From an uncultured Actinomycetes bacterium (GTDB lineage: Bacteria > Actinomycetota > Actinomycetes > S36-B12 > UBA10799): a stretch of DNA of 64,000 nt. Below the pieces are notes generated by a model. It searched no databases, was not told where the DNA came from, and saw only the letters and a list, made by a program, of their open reading frames with translations. Both the position numbers and the translations under genes were made by a program. How positions within the stretch are numbered: position 1 is the stretch's first letter; every line of letters starts with the position of its first letter. The DNA lies in the NCBI GenBank assembly GCA_964474045.1, contig CAYYRC010000009.1:1256-65255 (forward strand), in the 5' to 3' direction. This document shows, one piece after another, positions 26,426-35,554 of the stretch.

Positions 26426-27343
26426 ATGAGGTCTTTCCAGGTGGAGCCCCGCGCCGAGGCGCCCGGCGTGACGCTGACGTGCTACCTGCTCGACGACTCC
26501 CGCGAGTTCCAGTCGGGGCGCCGGCGGCCCGCGGTCGTCGTGCTTCCCGGAGGCAGCTATCTGAGCACCTCGGACCGCGAGGCCGAGCCGGTAGCCCTGC
26601 GCTGGGCATCCCTGGGTTACCACTGCTTCGTGCTCCGCTACTCGGTCGGCTATCCGGGTCCGTTGCTGGACGGCTCGTCGCGCACCGGTGCGCCCAACCC
26701 CGGAGCCGTGTTTCCCGGCCCGCTGGTGGACCTGGCGGCTGCGCTGGCGACCATCAGGAGCCACTCCGTGGAGTGGCTGGTGGACACCGAGCGCCTGGTG
26801 CTCTGCGGGTTCTCCGCCGGCGGCCACCTGGCCGCGATGCTCGGCACGACCTGGCACGACCCAGCTACCGCCGTCCTCACCGGCGTGCCCACGGCTGACC
26901 TGCGAGTCGCCGCCCTCGTTCTGGGCTACCCGGTCACCGACTACGAGGACTGCCGGGCAGCGGTCGAGGCCTCCGGCGACGAGGTCCGCCGCAGCCACTG
27001 GCGGGAGGGGAACATGGCCCTCTTCGGGGTCGGCGAACCGGACCCGGAGACGCTCGTGCGGCTGAGCCCCTCCCGGCTGGTGACCTCCGCCATGCCGCCG
27101 GCGTTCCTCTGGCACACGGCGGCAGACGCCCTGGTGCCGGTGTCACAGTCGCTGCTGATGTCGCTCGCGCTTGCCCGGGCCGGCGTGGCACAGGAACTGC
27201 ATGTGTTCAGCGACGGACCGCACGGCCTTGCCCTGGCAGATGCAGTGACCGCCGGCCGGGCCGAGCAGATCGAGCCGCGGGCGGCGCAATGGCTCACGCT
27301 GGCGGCTGGCTGGCTCGCCCGGGTCCTCGCCGACGTCAGCTGA
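26426..27343 (+). CDS. alpha/beta hydrolase (acetyl-esterase/lipase-like)
   Basis: 305 aa from MRSFQVEP, with VVVLPGGSY, the nucleophile elbow GFSAGGH, and a C-terminal HVF..GPHG. Confidence 0.8.
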   Translation: MRSFQVEPRAEAPGVTLTCYLLDDSREFQSGRRRPAVVVLPGGSYLSTSDREAEPVALRWASLGYHCFVLRYSVGYPGPLLDGSSRTGAPNPGAVFPGPLVDLAAALATIRSHSVEWLVDTERLVLCGFSAGGHLAAMLGTTWHDPATAVLTGVPTADLRVAALVLGYPVTDYEDCRAAVEASGDEVRRSHWREGNMALFGVGEPDPETLVRLSPSRLVTSAMPPAFLWHTAADALVPVSQSLLMSLALARAGVAQELHVFSDGPHGLALADAVTAGRAEQIEPRAAQWLTLAAGWLARVLADVS

Positions 27344-28022
27344 CGGTGGCGGTCTCGATGGTGATGGGGAGGGCGGGCGGGCCGTCCATGGCGCCACCCT
27401 GGACGCCGGCGGCGGCGACCTTGTCGACGACGTCCATGCCCGACGTCACCTTCCCCCACACGGTGTAGTCCGGCGGGAGGGTGGTGTCCTTGTAGACGAT
27501 GAAGAACTGCGAGCCGTTGGTGTCAGGCCCGGAGTTGGCCATCGCGACGGTGCCTGCCGGGTAGTTGTTGGCCCCGTTGGCGGGCAGGTTCTCGTCCGGG
27601 ATCTCGTAGCCCGGCCCACCGGTGCCGTTGCCCTTGGGATCGCCGCACTGGAGCACGAAGATCCCCTGCGTGGTGAGCCGGTGGCAGTTGGTGCCGTTGA
27701 AGAAACCCTTGCCCGCCAGATAGGCCATCGACGCGTCTGTGACGGGGGCCTTGGGGTCCATGGCGATGGTGATGTCGCCCTGGTTGGTGGTGAGCTTCAG
27801 CGAGGCGCCGTCGGCCACAGGCGGGAACGATGGCAGCGCCGAGGCCGATGCGCTCACGCTGGCCTCCCGCGGCGACGCGGTGGCCTTAGAGCTCGCACTC
27901 CCAGCAGCGGTTCCCCCGCCCGAGCCGCAACCGGCCAGCACCAGCCCGACCGCCACTGCGACAACTGCGGAAACTGCGGGGGACGCCACCGCCCCAGACT
28001 GCCGCCCTGGGCGTGCAAGCAT
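27336..28022 (-). CDS. cyclophilin-type peptidyl-prolyl cis-trans isomerase, lipoprotein
   Basis: Lipobox LAGCGSG and the cyclophilin core FHRL-like NCHRLTT, QCGDPKGNGTGGPGY, GTVAMANSGPDTNGSQFFI. Confidence 0.9.
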   Translation of the reverse strand: MLARPGRQSGAVASPAVSAVVAVAVGLVLAGCGSGGGTAAGSASSKATASPREASVSASASALPSFPPVADGASLKLTTNQGDITIAMDPKAPVTDASMAYLAGKGFFNGTNCHRLTTQGIFVLQCGDPKGNGTGGPGYEIPDENLPANGANNYPAGTVAMANSGPDTNGSQFFIVYKDTTLPPDYTVWGKVTSGMDVVDKVAAAGVQGGAMDGPPALPITIETATVS

Positions 28023-28127
28023 GTGCCAACTCCGTTCGATGTGCCAGTGGAATGACCGACGCTACCCGCAACGTGCGCCGCGGCCCGTGCGACCCGCCGA
28101 CGCCCCGCGAGCGCATACCATGGTCCG

Positions 28128-28721
28128 GTGGAGAGCTCGGCGCTATTGCTCACCGGGATCGGCCTCGCCTCGGCCGCGGGGCTCAACGCCTATATCCCGC
28201 TGCTGATAGCCGGCCTGCTGGCGCACTTCGAGGTCTTCACGCTGGCCCCGCCCTATGACGTGCTGGCCTCCACCCCTGCCCTCGTCATCCTCGCCGTCCT
28301 GCTGGCGGTCGAAGTCCTCGCCGACAAGATCCCGGCGGTCGACTCGATCAACGACGTCGTGCAGACGCTCATGCGGCCAGCTTCCGGCGCGGTGCTGTTC
28401 GCGGCCGCCTTCGGGGCGGACAGCACTTGGACCCAGGCGGCTGCCCTGATAGCCGGGATGGTGACCGCAGGCACCGTCCACGGCGCGAAGGCCGCGGCCC
28501 GACCCGTCGTCAACGTCAGCACCGGCGGCGTCGGGGCCCCTGTCGTCAGCACGGTTGAGGACATCACGTCGGTGGTCCTGACGCTGGCGGCGATCTTCGT
28601 GCCGGTGCTCGTGCTCGTGCTGCTCGCGGCGATGGCCTGGCTGGGCTGGCGCCTGCGCCGGCGCTGGCGGGAGCGCAGGGCTCAGCGGCAACCAGAGCCT
28701 CAGCCCCAGATTCAGCCCTGA
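28128..28721 (+). CDS. DUF4126-domain membrane protein
   Basis: GLNAYIPLLIAGLL...LAVEVLADKIPAVDS pattern, multi-TM, with an Arg-rich C-terminus. Confidence 0.7.
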   Translation: MESSALLLTGIGLASAAGLNAYIPLLIAGLLAHFEVFTLAPPYDVLASTPALVILAVLLAVEVLADKIPAVDSINDVVQTLMRPASGAVLFAAAFGADSTWTQAAALIAGMVTAGTVHGAKAAARPVVNVSTGGVGAPVVSTVEDITSVVLTLAAIFVPVLVLVLLAAMAWLGWRLRRRWRERRAQRQPEPQPQIQP

Positions 28722-28739
28722 CTTCGGCCCAGCACCGCC

Positions 28740-29237
28740 CTACCCACAGGTCAGCGTCTTCGCGCGCGGGCGCTCGCTGACGGTGAGGACGCAGGAGCCG
28801 TCGTCGGCGTAGAGGCTCAGCGACGTCCCACCCGCAGTGTCCTGCAACTGCAGCGACACCCCGGCCTGGGAGGCCATCTGGGTGAACTCGGGGACGATCG
28901 CCCTGGCGGCCAGCTGGTCGCCCATGCCGGTCGGGGCGGCGCAGTCGACCGAGCGGTAGACGTACTCCCCGACCGCAACCAGGCCCAGATCCCCGGAGTG
29001 GACCTGGGATGCGGCCGAGACGCAGCCGGCCTCGTCCGCCCGAGGCGACGTGGAGGCTGCGGCGGCAGACGCCTTCGGGCTGGAGGCCCGCGCGACTGCA
29101 GGCGCCGAAGCGCTGGGCGAGGCATCGGTCGGGGCTGCTGCGCGGAGCATGCTGCAGCCACTGACGAGCAGCACCGCTGCCGCCGCCGCGACGGCAGCCG
29201 ACGAGGGTGGACCCCAACCAGCCATGAACCTCCTCAC
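28740..29237 (-). CDS. hypothetical lipoprotein
   Basis: Signal peptide with lipobox LLVSGC, an Ala/Ser/Pro linker, and four further Cys. I recognised no family. ATG 29225 is an alternative start. Confidence 0.5.
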   Translation of the reverse strand: MRRFMAGWGPPSSAAVAAAAAVLLVSGCSMLRAAAPTDASPSASAPAVARASSPKASAAAASTSPRADEAGCVSAASQVHSGDLGLVAVGEYVYRSVDCAAPTGMGDQLAARAIVPEFTQMASQAGVSLQLQDTAGGTSLSLYADDGSCVLTVSERPRAKTLTCG

Positions 29238-29314
29238 CGGCCACCACGATAGGGGCGCGGGCCGGCGGTGGCGCGCCTGCTCAGCGTCGCCGACCGATCG
29301 CCTAGGGTGTCGTC

Positions 29315-29899
29315 ATGCGATCATCCACGACCGCCAGGGGCGCCACAGCCGTGGCCCTGCTGCTCGGCGGCGCGATGCTCATGGGTGCCTGCGGGGGGTC
29401 AGCGTCCGACGGGTCCACCGCATCGGGCTCCGCATCTGCCTCAGCCTCGGCCAGCGCGTCCAACCCCTATGGCTCCGCCCCGGCGGTGGATCCCCCTGGT
29501 CCCGATGACGCCGTCCTGACGATCCAGGGGGCGGACGGCAAGCAGGTCCAGCTGACGTATGCCCAGCTGCAGGCCATGGACTCGCAGACGATCACGATCG
29601 AGGAGCCCTTCGTCAAGAAGCAGGAGACGTTCACCGGCGTGCCCATGTCGGCGCTGCTGGCGCTGGCGGCCATCCCGAGCACCGCCACGGTCAACACGGT
29701 GGCGCTCAACGACTATGCCTACGCCGCCCCCGCCTCGCAGTTCACCGATGCGCAGGCCCTTGTCGCCTACAAGGTGGACGGCAAGGACATCCCGCTGACC
29801 GAGGGCGGCCCGGTCCGCATCGTGTTCCCGACCGGCACCGCGCAGTTCGGCAACCTCGATGCCTGGAACTGGAGCCTCGAGACAATCCAGCAGCAGTAA
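29315..29899 (+). CDS. lipoprotein with molybdopterin-oxidoreductase-like (Oxidored_molyb-type) domain
   Basis: Lipobox LMGACGG. The pattern LTYAQLQAM...TFTGVPMSALL...ALNDYAYAAP...GGPVRIVFP resembles small stand-alone Mo-oxidoreductase-fold proteins. Confidence 0.55.
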   Translation: MRSSTTARGATAVALLLGGAMLMGACGGSASDGSTASGSASASASASASNPYGSAPAVDPPGPDDAVLTIQGADGKQVQLTYAQLQAMDSQTITIEEPFVKKQETFTGVPMSALLALAAIPSTATVNTVALNDYAYAAPASQFTDAQALVAYKVDGKDIPLTEGGPVRIVFPTGTAQFGNLDAWNWSLETIQQQ

Positions 29900-29923
29900 C
29901 CCCATGGCCGGCCCAAGCGACTC

Positions 29924-32335
29924 ATGAGCGCAAACCGCAGCCGGGGCAGCCTCGGGTGGAGGGTTGCCATCTCGGCCCTCGCAGTGGTCCTCGTCGTGCT
30001 GACGGCGCTCCTGCTGGAATCTTCGATCACGGCGACCCGGCAAGCCTCGCAGCAGGCCCAGTTCGCGTTGTCGACCGAGTCCGCGGCCGCCGACCTCGTG
30101 TTCACCCAGCGCGAGGTGGACAACCTCCTGATCACGGCCAACGAGTATCTGGCCGGAACGTCGACGCGGCGCGATGTGCAGGTGGCCCGGGCGCTGCTCG
30201 AGCGACGGCTGGCCGTCGCCAGCGACCAGGGCGACAACCCGGCGAAGTCCGATGTCGGCCTGCGCACCGCCCTGAGCCAGTTCGACGCGCAGCTGCAGGA
30301 GATGCCCAGCGGCACCCTCGAGGCCTCGGATCGCGACCAATGGGCACTGTTGATCGAGCCACCCCTGATCGCGCTGAACACCCGCGGAAAGCAGCTCTTC
30401 ACCGAGTACGAGCGCAGCGCCTCGCAGCGCTCCAAGGAGCTCGCCGAGCGCCGCGCCGAGGAACAGTTGGAGCTCACGCTGCTCACCATCGCCACCGTCG
30501 TCACGGCGCTGGCGCTCATCGCGACCATCGCCACGCTGACGGTGCGCAACCAACGCCGGGCCAAGCGTCGCCTCGCCGCCGAGGAGTCCCGGCTCAACAC
30601 CGCGCGCGCCCAGCTCGGCCGAACCGCCCTGGTCCTGGAGGAGCAGTCCCGCGTGCTGGACTCGATCGCCACCGGCGCCGAGGTGCAGGCGATCGTGCCC
30701 GTGGTGGCGAGACTGGCCGCCCTCACGACGGACGATGCGGTCGGCCAGGTCCGGTGCGGGTCGATCGTGCTCGCCGTCTTCCCCGAGGACGCCCCACCCG
30801 GTGCCAGCGAGGTGCCCCGTTGGTCGCGCACGCTCGACGGGCTCTGCGGCGAGGCGCCCGCCGAGACCGGCGTGATCGAGGTCTACGCCCGGCAGCCGCT
30901 GTCCGACCAGGGTGTCGAGGAGGCCGAGTCGTGCGCCGACTTGCTGCGCATCGCGATCGAGCGCGACCGCAGCTCGGCGGCACTGGTGCAACAGGCCCGC
31001 CACGACTCCCTGACCGGCCTGCCCAACCGCGCGACCCTCATGGCAGAGCTGGAGTCCGCCGTGACCGAGCGCCGGCGGATCAGCCCGCGCGACAGGGACA
31101 CCGAGCGACTCAGCCTGCTGTTCGTCGACCTCGACCGCTTCAAAGACGTCAACGACACCCTGGGCCACGAGGCCGGGGACCGGCTGCTGATAGAGGTGGT
31201 CGCGCGGCTCCAGGGCGCCGTGCGGCAGAACGACCGGGTGTACCGACTGGCCGGGGACGAGTTCGTCGTGCTGTGCCCGGACCTGCCTGACGACGCCGCG
31301 GCCGAACAGCTGGCGCAACGCCTGCTGGTGTCGCTTGCGGAACCGTTCACCATCAGCAACACCCCGGTATGGGTGGAGGCGAGCATCGGCATCTCGCAGC
31401 TGCGGCCGGACAGCAGCGCCGACGAGCTGCTGCGCGAGGCCGATCTGGCCATGTACCGGGCCAAGCAGGATGGACGCGGGCGCTGGCACGCCTTCGACGA
31501 CGAGCTGGCGACCGCCGCCCACAGCCGGCTGCACCTGAGCAAGGCGTTGCGCAAAGCGGTGGACCAGGAGGAGCTCCGCCTGCTCTATCAACCCGTCGTG
31601 GACATGGCCGACGGCAGGATCGAGGGATTCGAGGCGCTCATCCGGTGGGATCGCCCGCAGCACGGGCTGATCGGCCCGGAGCACTTCCTGGAGATGGCGG
31701 AGGAGACCCGCGACATCCTGGGTATCGGCCGCTGGGTGGTCGCCGAGGCGGCGCGGACCCTCGCCCAGTGGCGGGCCGCCGGGCTCCGCGACGACATCAG
31801 CATGGCGGTGAACGTCACCGCCCAGCAGCTGCGCGACCCGATGTTCATCCACGACATCATCGCCACCATCGCCCGCGAGGGCATCCCCTCGCGCTGCTTG
31901 TCGCTCGAGCTCACCGAGCACAGCCTGATCGACGTGCCCCTCGTAGCCGAGTCGCTGGGCAGGGCGCGGGCCGCGGGGATCCGGCTGGCACTGGACGACT
32001 TCGGCACCGGCTACTCGTCCCTCACGCAACTCGAGGGCTTGCCAGTCGACGTCGTCAAGGTGGACCGGCAGTTCGTCGTGCGGCTGGCCGACGGGGGGCA
32101 CCGACACGAGGTCTTCCTCAGCGCACTGGTGGAGCTCGTGTCGGCGCTGGACCTGGAGCTCATCGTCGAGGGGGTCGAGACCGAGTCGGAGCGGGATGCG
32201 CTGATCGCAGCTGGGTTCCAGATCGGCCAGGGGTACTTGTTCGGCCGTCCGACCACCCCCGCGGCGGCCCTCGCCCTCGCCCTGGCCGACAGCGGCGTCG
32301 GCGGTGCCCAGCCTGGACTCCGAGTGGACCAATGA
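29924..32335 (+). CDS. membrane-bound GGDEF/EAL protein (diguanylate cyclase / c-di-GMP phosphodiesterase)
   Basis: Two TM segments flank a ~160-aa extracytoplasmic helical region, followed by a GAF-like segment. The GGDEF domain has AGDEF and an RxxD I-site. The EAL domain carries EALIRW, ELTE, DDFGTGYSS, EGVE and QGYLFGRP. Confidence 0.9.
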   Translation: MSANRSRGSLGWRVAISALAVVLVVLTALLLESSITATRQASQQAQFALSTESAAADLVFTQREVDNLLITANEYLAGTSTRRDVQVARALLERRLAVASDQGDNPAKSDVGLRTALSQFDAQLQEMPSGTLEASDRDQWALLIEPPLIALNTRGKQLFTEYERSASQRSKELAERRAEEQLELTLLTIATVVTALALIATIATLTVRNQRRAKRRLAAEESRLNTARAQLGRTALVLEEQSRVLDSIATGAEVQAIVPVVARLAALTTDDAVGQVRCGSIVLAVFPEDAPPGASEVPRWSRTLDGLCGEAPAETGVIEVYARQPLSDQGVEEAESCADLLRIAIERDRSSAALVQQARHDSLTGLPNRATLMAELESAVTERRRISPRDRDTERLSLLFVDLDRFKDVNDTLGHEAGDRLLIEVVARLQGAVRQNDRVYRLAGDEFVVLCPDLPDDAAAEQLAQRLLVSLAEPFTISNTPVWVEASIGISQLRPDSSADELLREADLAMYRAKQDGRGRWHAFDDELATAAHSRLHLSKALRKAVDQEELRLLYQPVVDMADGRIEGFEALIRWDRPQHGLIGPEHFLEMAEETRDILGIGRWVVAEAARTLAQWRAAGLRDDISMAVNVTAQQLRDPMFIHDIIATIAREGIPSRCLSLELTEHSLIDVPLVAESLGRARAAGIRLALDDFGTGYSSLTQLEGLPVDVVKVDRQFVVRLADGGHRHEVFLSALVELVSALDLELIVEGVETESERDALIAAGFQIGQGYLFGRPTTPAAALALALADSGVGGAQPGLRVDQ

Positions 32336-32373
32336 CTCTGCACGGCAGGTCGATGCAGCCCTAGCCTGAGGAC

Positions 32374-33060
32374 ATGGAACCAAACGCCGCAGGGCCGCCG
32401 CCGGGATACTCGGTCAGTCCGCCGCCGGGCGGAGCCCCGCCCAGCGGCCCACCAGCGCGCGCCGAGTGGTCGGGACTGGGCGTCAGCCTCGGCGGCCGGG
32501 TGCTCCTGCGCGACTTCACCGCCAGCGCGTTCGACGGCCAGGTCGTCGGCGTCGTGGGGCCAGCCGGCACCGACCTCGACGCCGTGCTGTTGGCGCTGGC
32601 AGGCCGGTTCGGCCCCGTGACCGGCTCGGTGGTCATCCAGGGGTCGCCCGAGTCCGTCAGCCTCGGCGGCGTGCCGGAGGAGGAACACCTGGACCCGCTC
32701 CTCACCGTCCACGAGACGCTGGCCGAGGTCAGCCGACCCAGCGCAGACGGCTCCACCCGACAGTCAGCCGACTGGTCGCTCATGGCCACCGGCCTCACCT
32801 CCCGCGTGGATGCCCGCATCCGAGACCTCAACGTCGAGGAGAGGTTCCGCCTGGGCATCGCGATGGGGGCGGCGTCGGGAGCGTCGTTGATCGTGACCGA
32901 CCTGTCGAGGGTGGCCGGACACCAGGCCAGCGACGAACTGTGGACCCTCCTGCGCCAGCTCGCCGCCAGCGGCCGGGTGGTCGTCGTGGCCGCCCCTGAC
33001 CGCCACGAGTTCATGAACCTCGTCATACCCGTCCCGGCTTCCCTGGAGGCAGCGCGATGA
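32374..33060 (+). CDS. ABC ATPase-like protein with degenerate catalytic motifs
   Basis: The layout is collinear with ABC NBDs, but each motif is altered. Walker A reads GPAGTDLD, the signature motif reads LNVEERFR, and Walker B plus the catalytic Glu reads LIVTDLS. The N-terminus is Pro-rich. Confidence 0.55.
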   Translation: MEPNAAGPPPGYSVSPPPGGAPPSGPPARAEWSGLGVSLGGRVLLRDFTASAFDGQVVGVVGPAGTDLDAVLLALAGRFGPVTGSVVIQGSPESVSLGGVPEEEHLDPLLTVHETLAEVSRPSADGSTRQSADWSLMATGLTSRVDARIRDLNVEERFRLGIAMGAASGASLIVTDLSRVAGHQASDELWTLLRQLAASGRVVVVAAPDRHEFMNLVIPVPASLEAAR

Positions 33061-34889
33061 TCGGCTCCAGCATCACCCACGGCCTGACCCGCTGGTTCCG
33101 CGGGCCGCGGATCGCCGTCGGACTCGTCCTGCTGCTGCTCACCGCGGCCGTCACGGCAGGTCTGACCATCTGGTCGAACTGGAACCCTGTCGGCAACACC
33201 GCCGACCTGCCAGCCGCGCTGGTGGACGAGGACGTCCCGGCTACCGTGGGTGGGGCAACCGTCGACGCCGGCAAGAAGCTGGCGCAGGAGATGCTCTCGC
33301 AGGCGTCGTTGAGCTGGACGCAGACCGACATGGCCGACGCCCAGGCAGGCCTGGACACCGGGCGCTTCGCCGTCGTCTTCCGCATCCCCGCCGACTTCAG
33401 CGCCAACGTCGCGAGCCTGCGGACCGATGCTCCCGAGCAGGCGACGATCGACGCGTACACCAACGACGCGACCAACTACCTGGCCGGCGATCTGGCGGCC
33501 GACGCCATGGTCAGCGTCGAGAAGGACATCGGCGCCAAACTCTCCCTCAACTTCATCGACACGGTCTACGGCGCCCTGCCGCAGGCGAAGAAGCAGGGCG
33601 AGACCGCAGTGGCCGGCGCCAAGGCCGTCAACGACTCGGCGAAGCAGGCTCAGGCGCAGGCCACCACCACCACCGAGCAGGCCAACCAGGTCGCCACGGC
33701 CGGTGATGCCGCTGCCAAGGCCGCGGCGGACGCCGTGACCGCGGGCAAGCCGCTGCCGCAGGAGGTCACCGCCCTCGCCGCCTCCGTCCAGGACCTGACG
33801 ACCTCCGTGTCGGCGATGTCCAGCGGGGCAAAGGCGATCGACAGCAACCTCGCCGCGCTGCAGCAGCAGCTGACCGCCAAGAACCTGCCCGACCTCGCAG
33901 CCCAGCTCGGCGCCATCCGCACCAACTACAACACTGTGGTGCTGGCGCCCATGGCCCAGGCCGCCACCAAGGGGGCCGCCGTCGGCACGGCGGTGAAGAA
34001 GCTCGACGCCGACGTCCAGGCGACCACCGGAAAGGCCGCGTCCGCGCAGGCGGCTGCCGCCGGCCTTCTCTCCTCGGCGCAGCAGACGGCCACCAGCGCG
34101 GCTGCCACGCAGACCACGCTGGACAGCCAGACCGTCCCCGAGTCCACAACCCTCTTCCAGGGTCTGTCGGCGGCGGCCGCGCAGGTTCCCCCGATCTCGG
34201 ATGCCCAGCGCGCGACGCTCACCAAGGTGCTGGCGCAGCCCATCGACGTCGTGAACCAGCGCCAGAACGCGGTGCAGTACTTAGGCGAGGGCTTCGCTCC
34301 CTACTACATCCCGATCGGGCTGTTCGTGGGCGCGGTCGCGCTCTTCCTGTTCCTCGCGCCCGTCAGCCGTCGCCTGCTCGACTTCGGGTTCGCGCCGATC
34401 AAGGCTGCCTTGAGCGGTTGGACCCCTGCCTTCGTGCTCGCCGTGGGGCAGGTCGCCCTGGTGGCTCTCGTCGTCGTCCTGCTCGGCATGAAGGTGGCCG
34501 CCTGGCTGCCTTTCCTCGGCATCCTGCTGCTTTCGGCGGCGTGCTTCCTGGCGATCGTGCAGCTCCTCAAGGTGGCCTTCGGCGCCGGGGGCGTGATTGC
34601 GGCGCTGTTGCTCTTCATCGTGCAGGCCACGGCATCGGCCGGCACCTTCCCGCTGCAGTCGCTGCAGCGCATCTTCATCTGGCTGCACCCCTTCATGCCG
34701 ATGTCCTACTCGGTCGACGGGATACGGCGCAGCATGGCCGGCGGCCCGCTCACGCCCTTCCTCTGGACCGACGCCGCCGTGCTGCTCGGGGTGACCGTCG
34801 TGTGCCTCGCCATCACCACGGCCCTGGCTGGTCGGCAGCGCCGCCTGAACGCCGCCCGGCTGCAGCCGACGCTGGTCTTCGACTCGTGA
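33057..34889 (+). CDS. YhgE/Pip-domain membrane protein (ABC-2 permease-like)
   Basis: N-terminal TM segment, the YhgE/Pip N-domain pattern (PAALVDED...FAVVFRIPADFS), a long Ala/Gln/Thr-rich helical ectodomain and a C-terminal multi-TM block. Its ATG overlaps the upstream stop (ATGA). Confidence 0.8.
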   Translation: MIGSSITHGLTRWFRGPRIAVGLVLLLLTAAVTAGLTIWSNWNPVGNTADLPAALVDEDVPATVGGATVDAGKKLAQEMLSQASLSWTQTDMADAQAGLDTGRFAVVFRIPADFSANVASLRTDAPEQATIDAYTNDATNYLAGDLAADAMVSVEKDIGAKLSLNFIDTVYGALPQAKKQGETAVAGAKAVNDSAKQAQAQATTTTEQANQVATAGDAAAKAAADAVTAGKPLPQEVTALAASVQDLTTSVSAMSSGAKAIDSNLAALQQQLTAKNLPDLAAQLGAIRTNYNTVVLAPMAQAATKGAAVGTAVKKLDADVQATTGKAASAQAAAAGLLSSAQQTATSAAATQTTLDSQTVPESTTLFQGLSAAAAQVPPISDAQRATLTKVLAQPIDVVNQRQNAVQYLGEGFAPYYIPIGLFVGAVALFLFLAPVSRRLLDFGFAPIKAALSGWTPAFVLAVGQVALVALVVVLLGMKVAAWLPFLGILLLSAACFLAIVQLLKVAFGAGGVIAALLLFIVQATASAGTFPLQSLQRIFIWLHPFMPMSYSVDGIRRSMAGGPLTPFLWTDAAVLLGVTVVCLAITTALAGRQRRLNAARLQPTLVFDS

Positions 34890-35554
34890 CGGCCCCGGCG
34901 GCCCCGTCGGCAGGCGAGCACTGGGACGAGGTCTATGCAGGCCACCGCGAGGACGGGGTGAGCTGGTATCAGCCGGCGCCCGAACCGTCGCTGCGCCTGC
35001 TGCGCGCGGCCGCGCCGAATCCCGCGTCGGTGATCGACGTCGGGGGCGGGCGGTCAAGGCTCGCCGGTGCCCTGGCGGCCGCGGGATGCCGGGACGTGAC
35101 GGTGCTGGACGTGTCCGCCACGGCGCTCGCCGACCTGGCCGCCTCGTTCGCCGCGAGCGGCGGCGACCCGGCAGCCATCGAGCTTCAGGTGGCCGACATC
35201 CGCACCTGGACACCCGACCGACGCCGGCTCCTGTGGCACGACCGCGCAGTCTTCCACTTCCTGGTGGACGGGACCGACCGCGACGCCTATGTCCGCGCGG
35301 CGACGGAAGGGGTCGAGCCGGGAGGCGCCCTGGTGATGGGGACATTCGCGCCCGACGGCCCGCGGCAGTGCTCGGGATTGCCCACCGCCCGCTACTCCGC
35401 CGACGATCTGGCCCGCTTGTTCGCGGACGGTTTCGACCTCGAGGCGACCGAGGCACACCTCCACACGACGCCGTGGGACGCCGGGCAGAGCTTCACCTGG
35501 GTGGTCCTGCGCCGACGGGGACCCGGACCCCGCCAGCCGGCTCCGAGGACCTAG
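34886..35554 (+). CDS. class I SAM-dependent methyltransferase
   Basis: 222 aa from GTG 34886, which overlaps the YhgE stop (GTGA). Motif I is VIDVGGGRSRL, and VLDVS is also present. Confidence 0.75.
   Translation: MTAPAAPSAGEHWDEVYAGHREDGVSWYQPAPEPSLRLLRAAAPNPASVIDVGGGRSRLAGALAAAGCRDVTVLDVSATALADLAASFAASGGDPAAIELQVADIRTWTPDRRRLLWHDRAVFHFLVDGTDRDAYVRAATEGVEPGGALVMGTFAPDGPRQCSGLPTARYSADDLARLFADGFDLEATEAHLHTTPWDAGQSFTWVVLRRRGPGPRQPAPRT

Noticed and set aside
29441-32383. 980-aa minus-strand ORF
   Set aside because: It lies antisense to the GGDEF/EAL gene, which carries unambiguous catalytic motifs. I found no motifs in the antisense translation.
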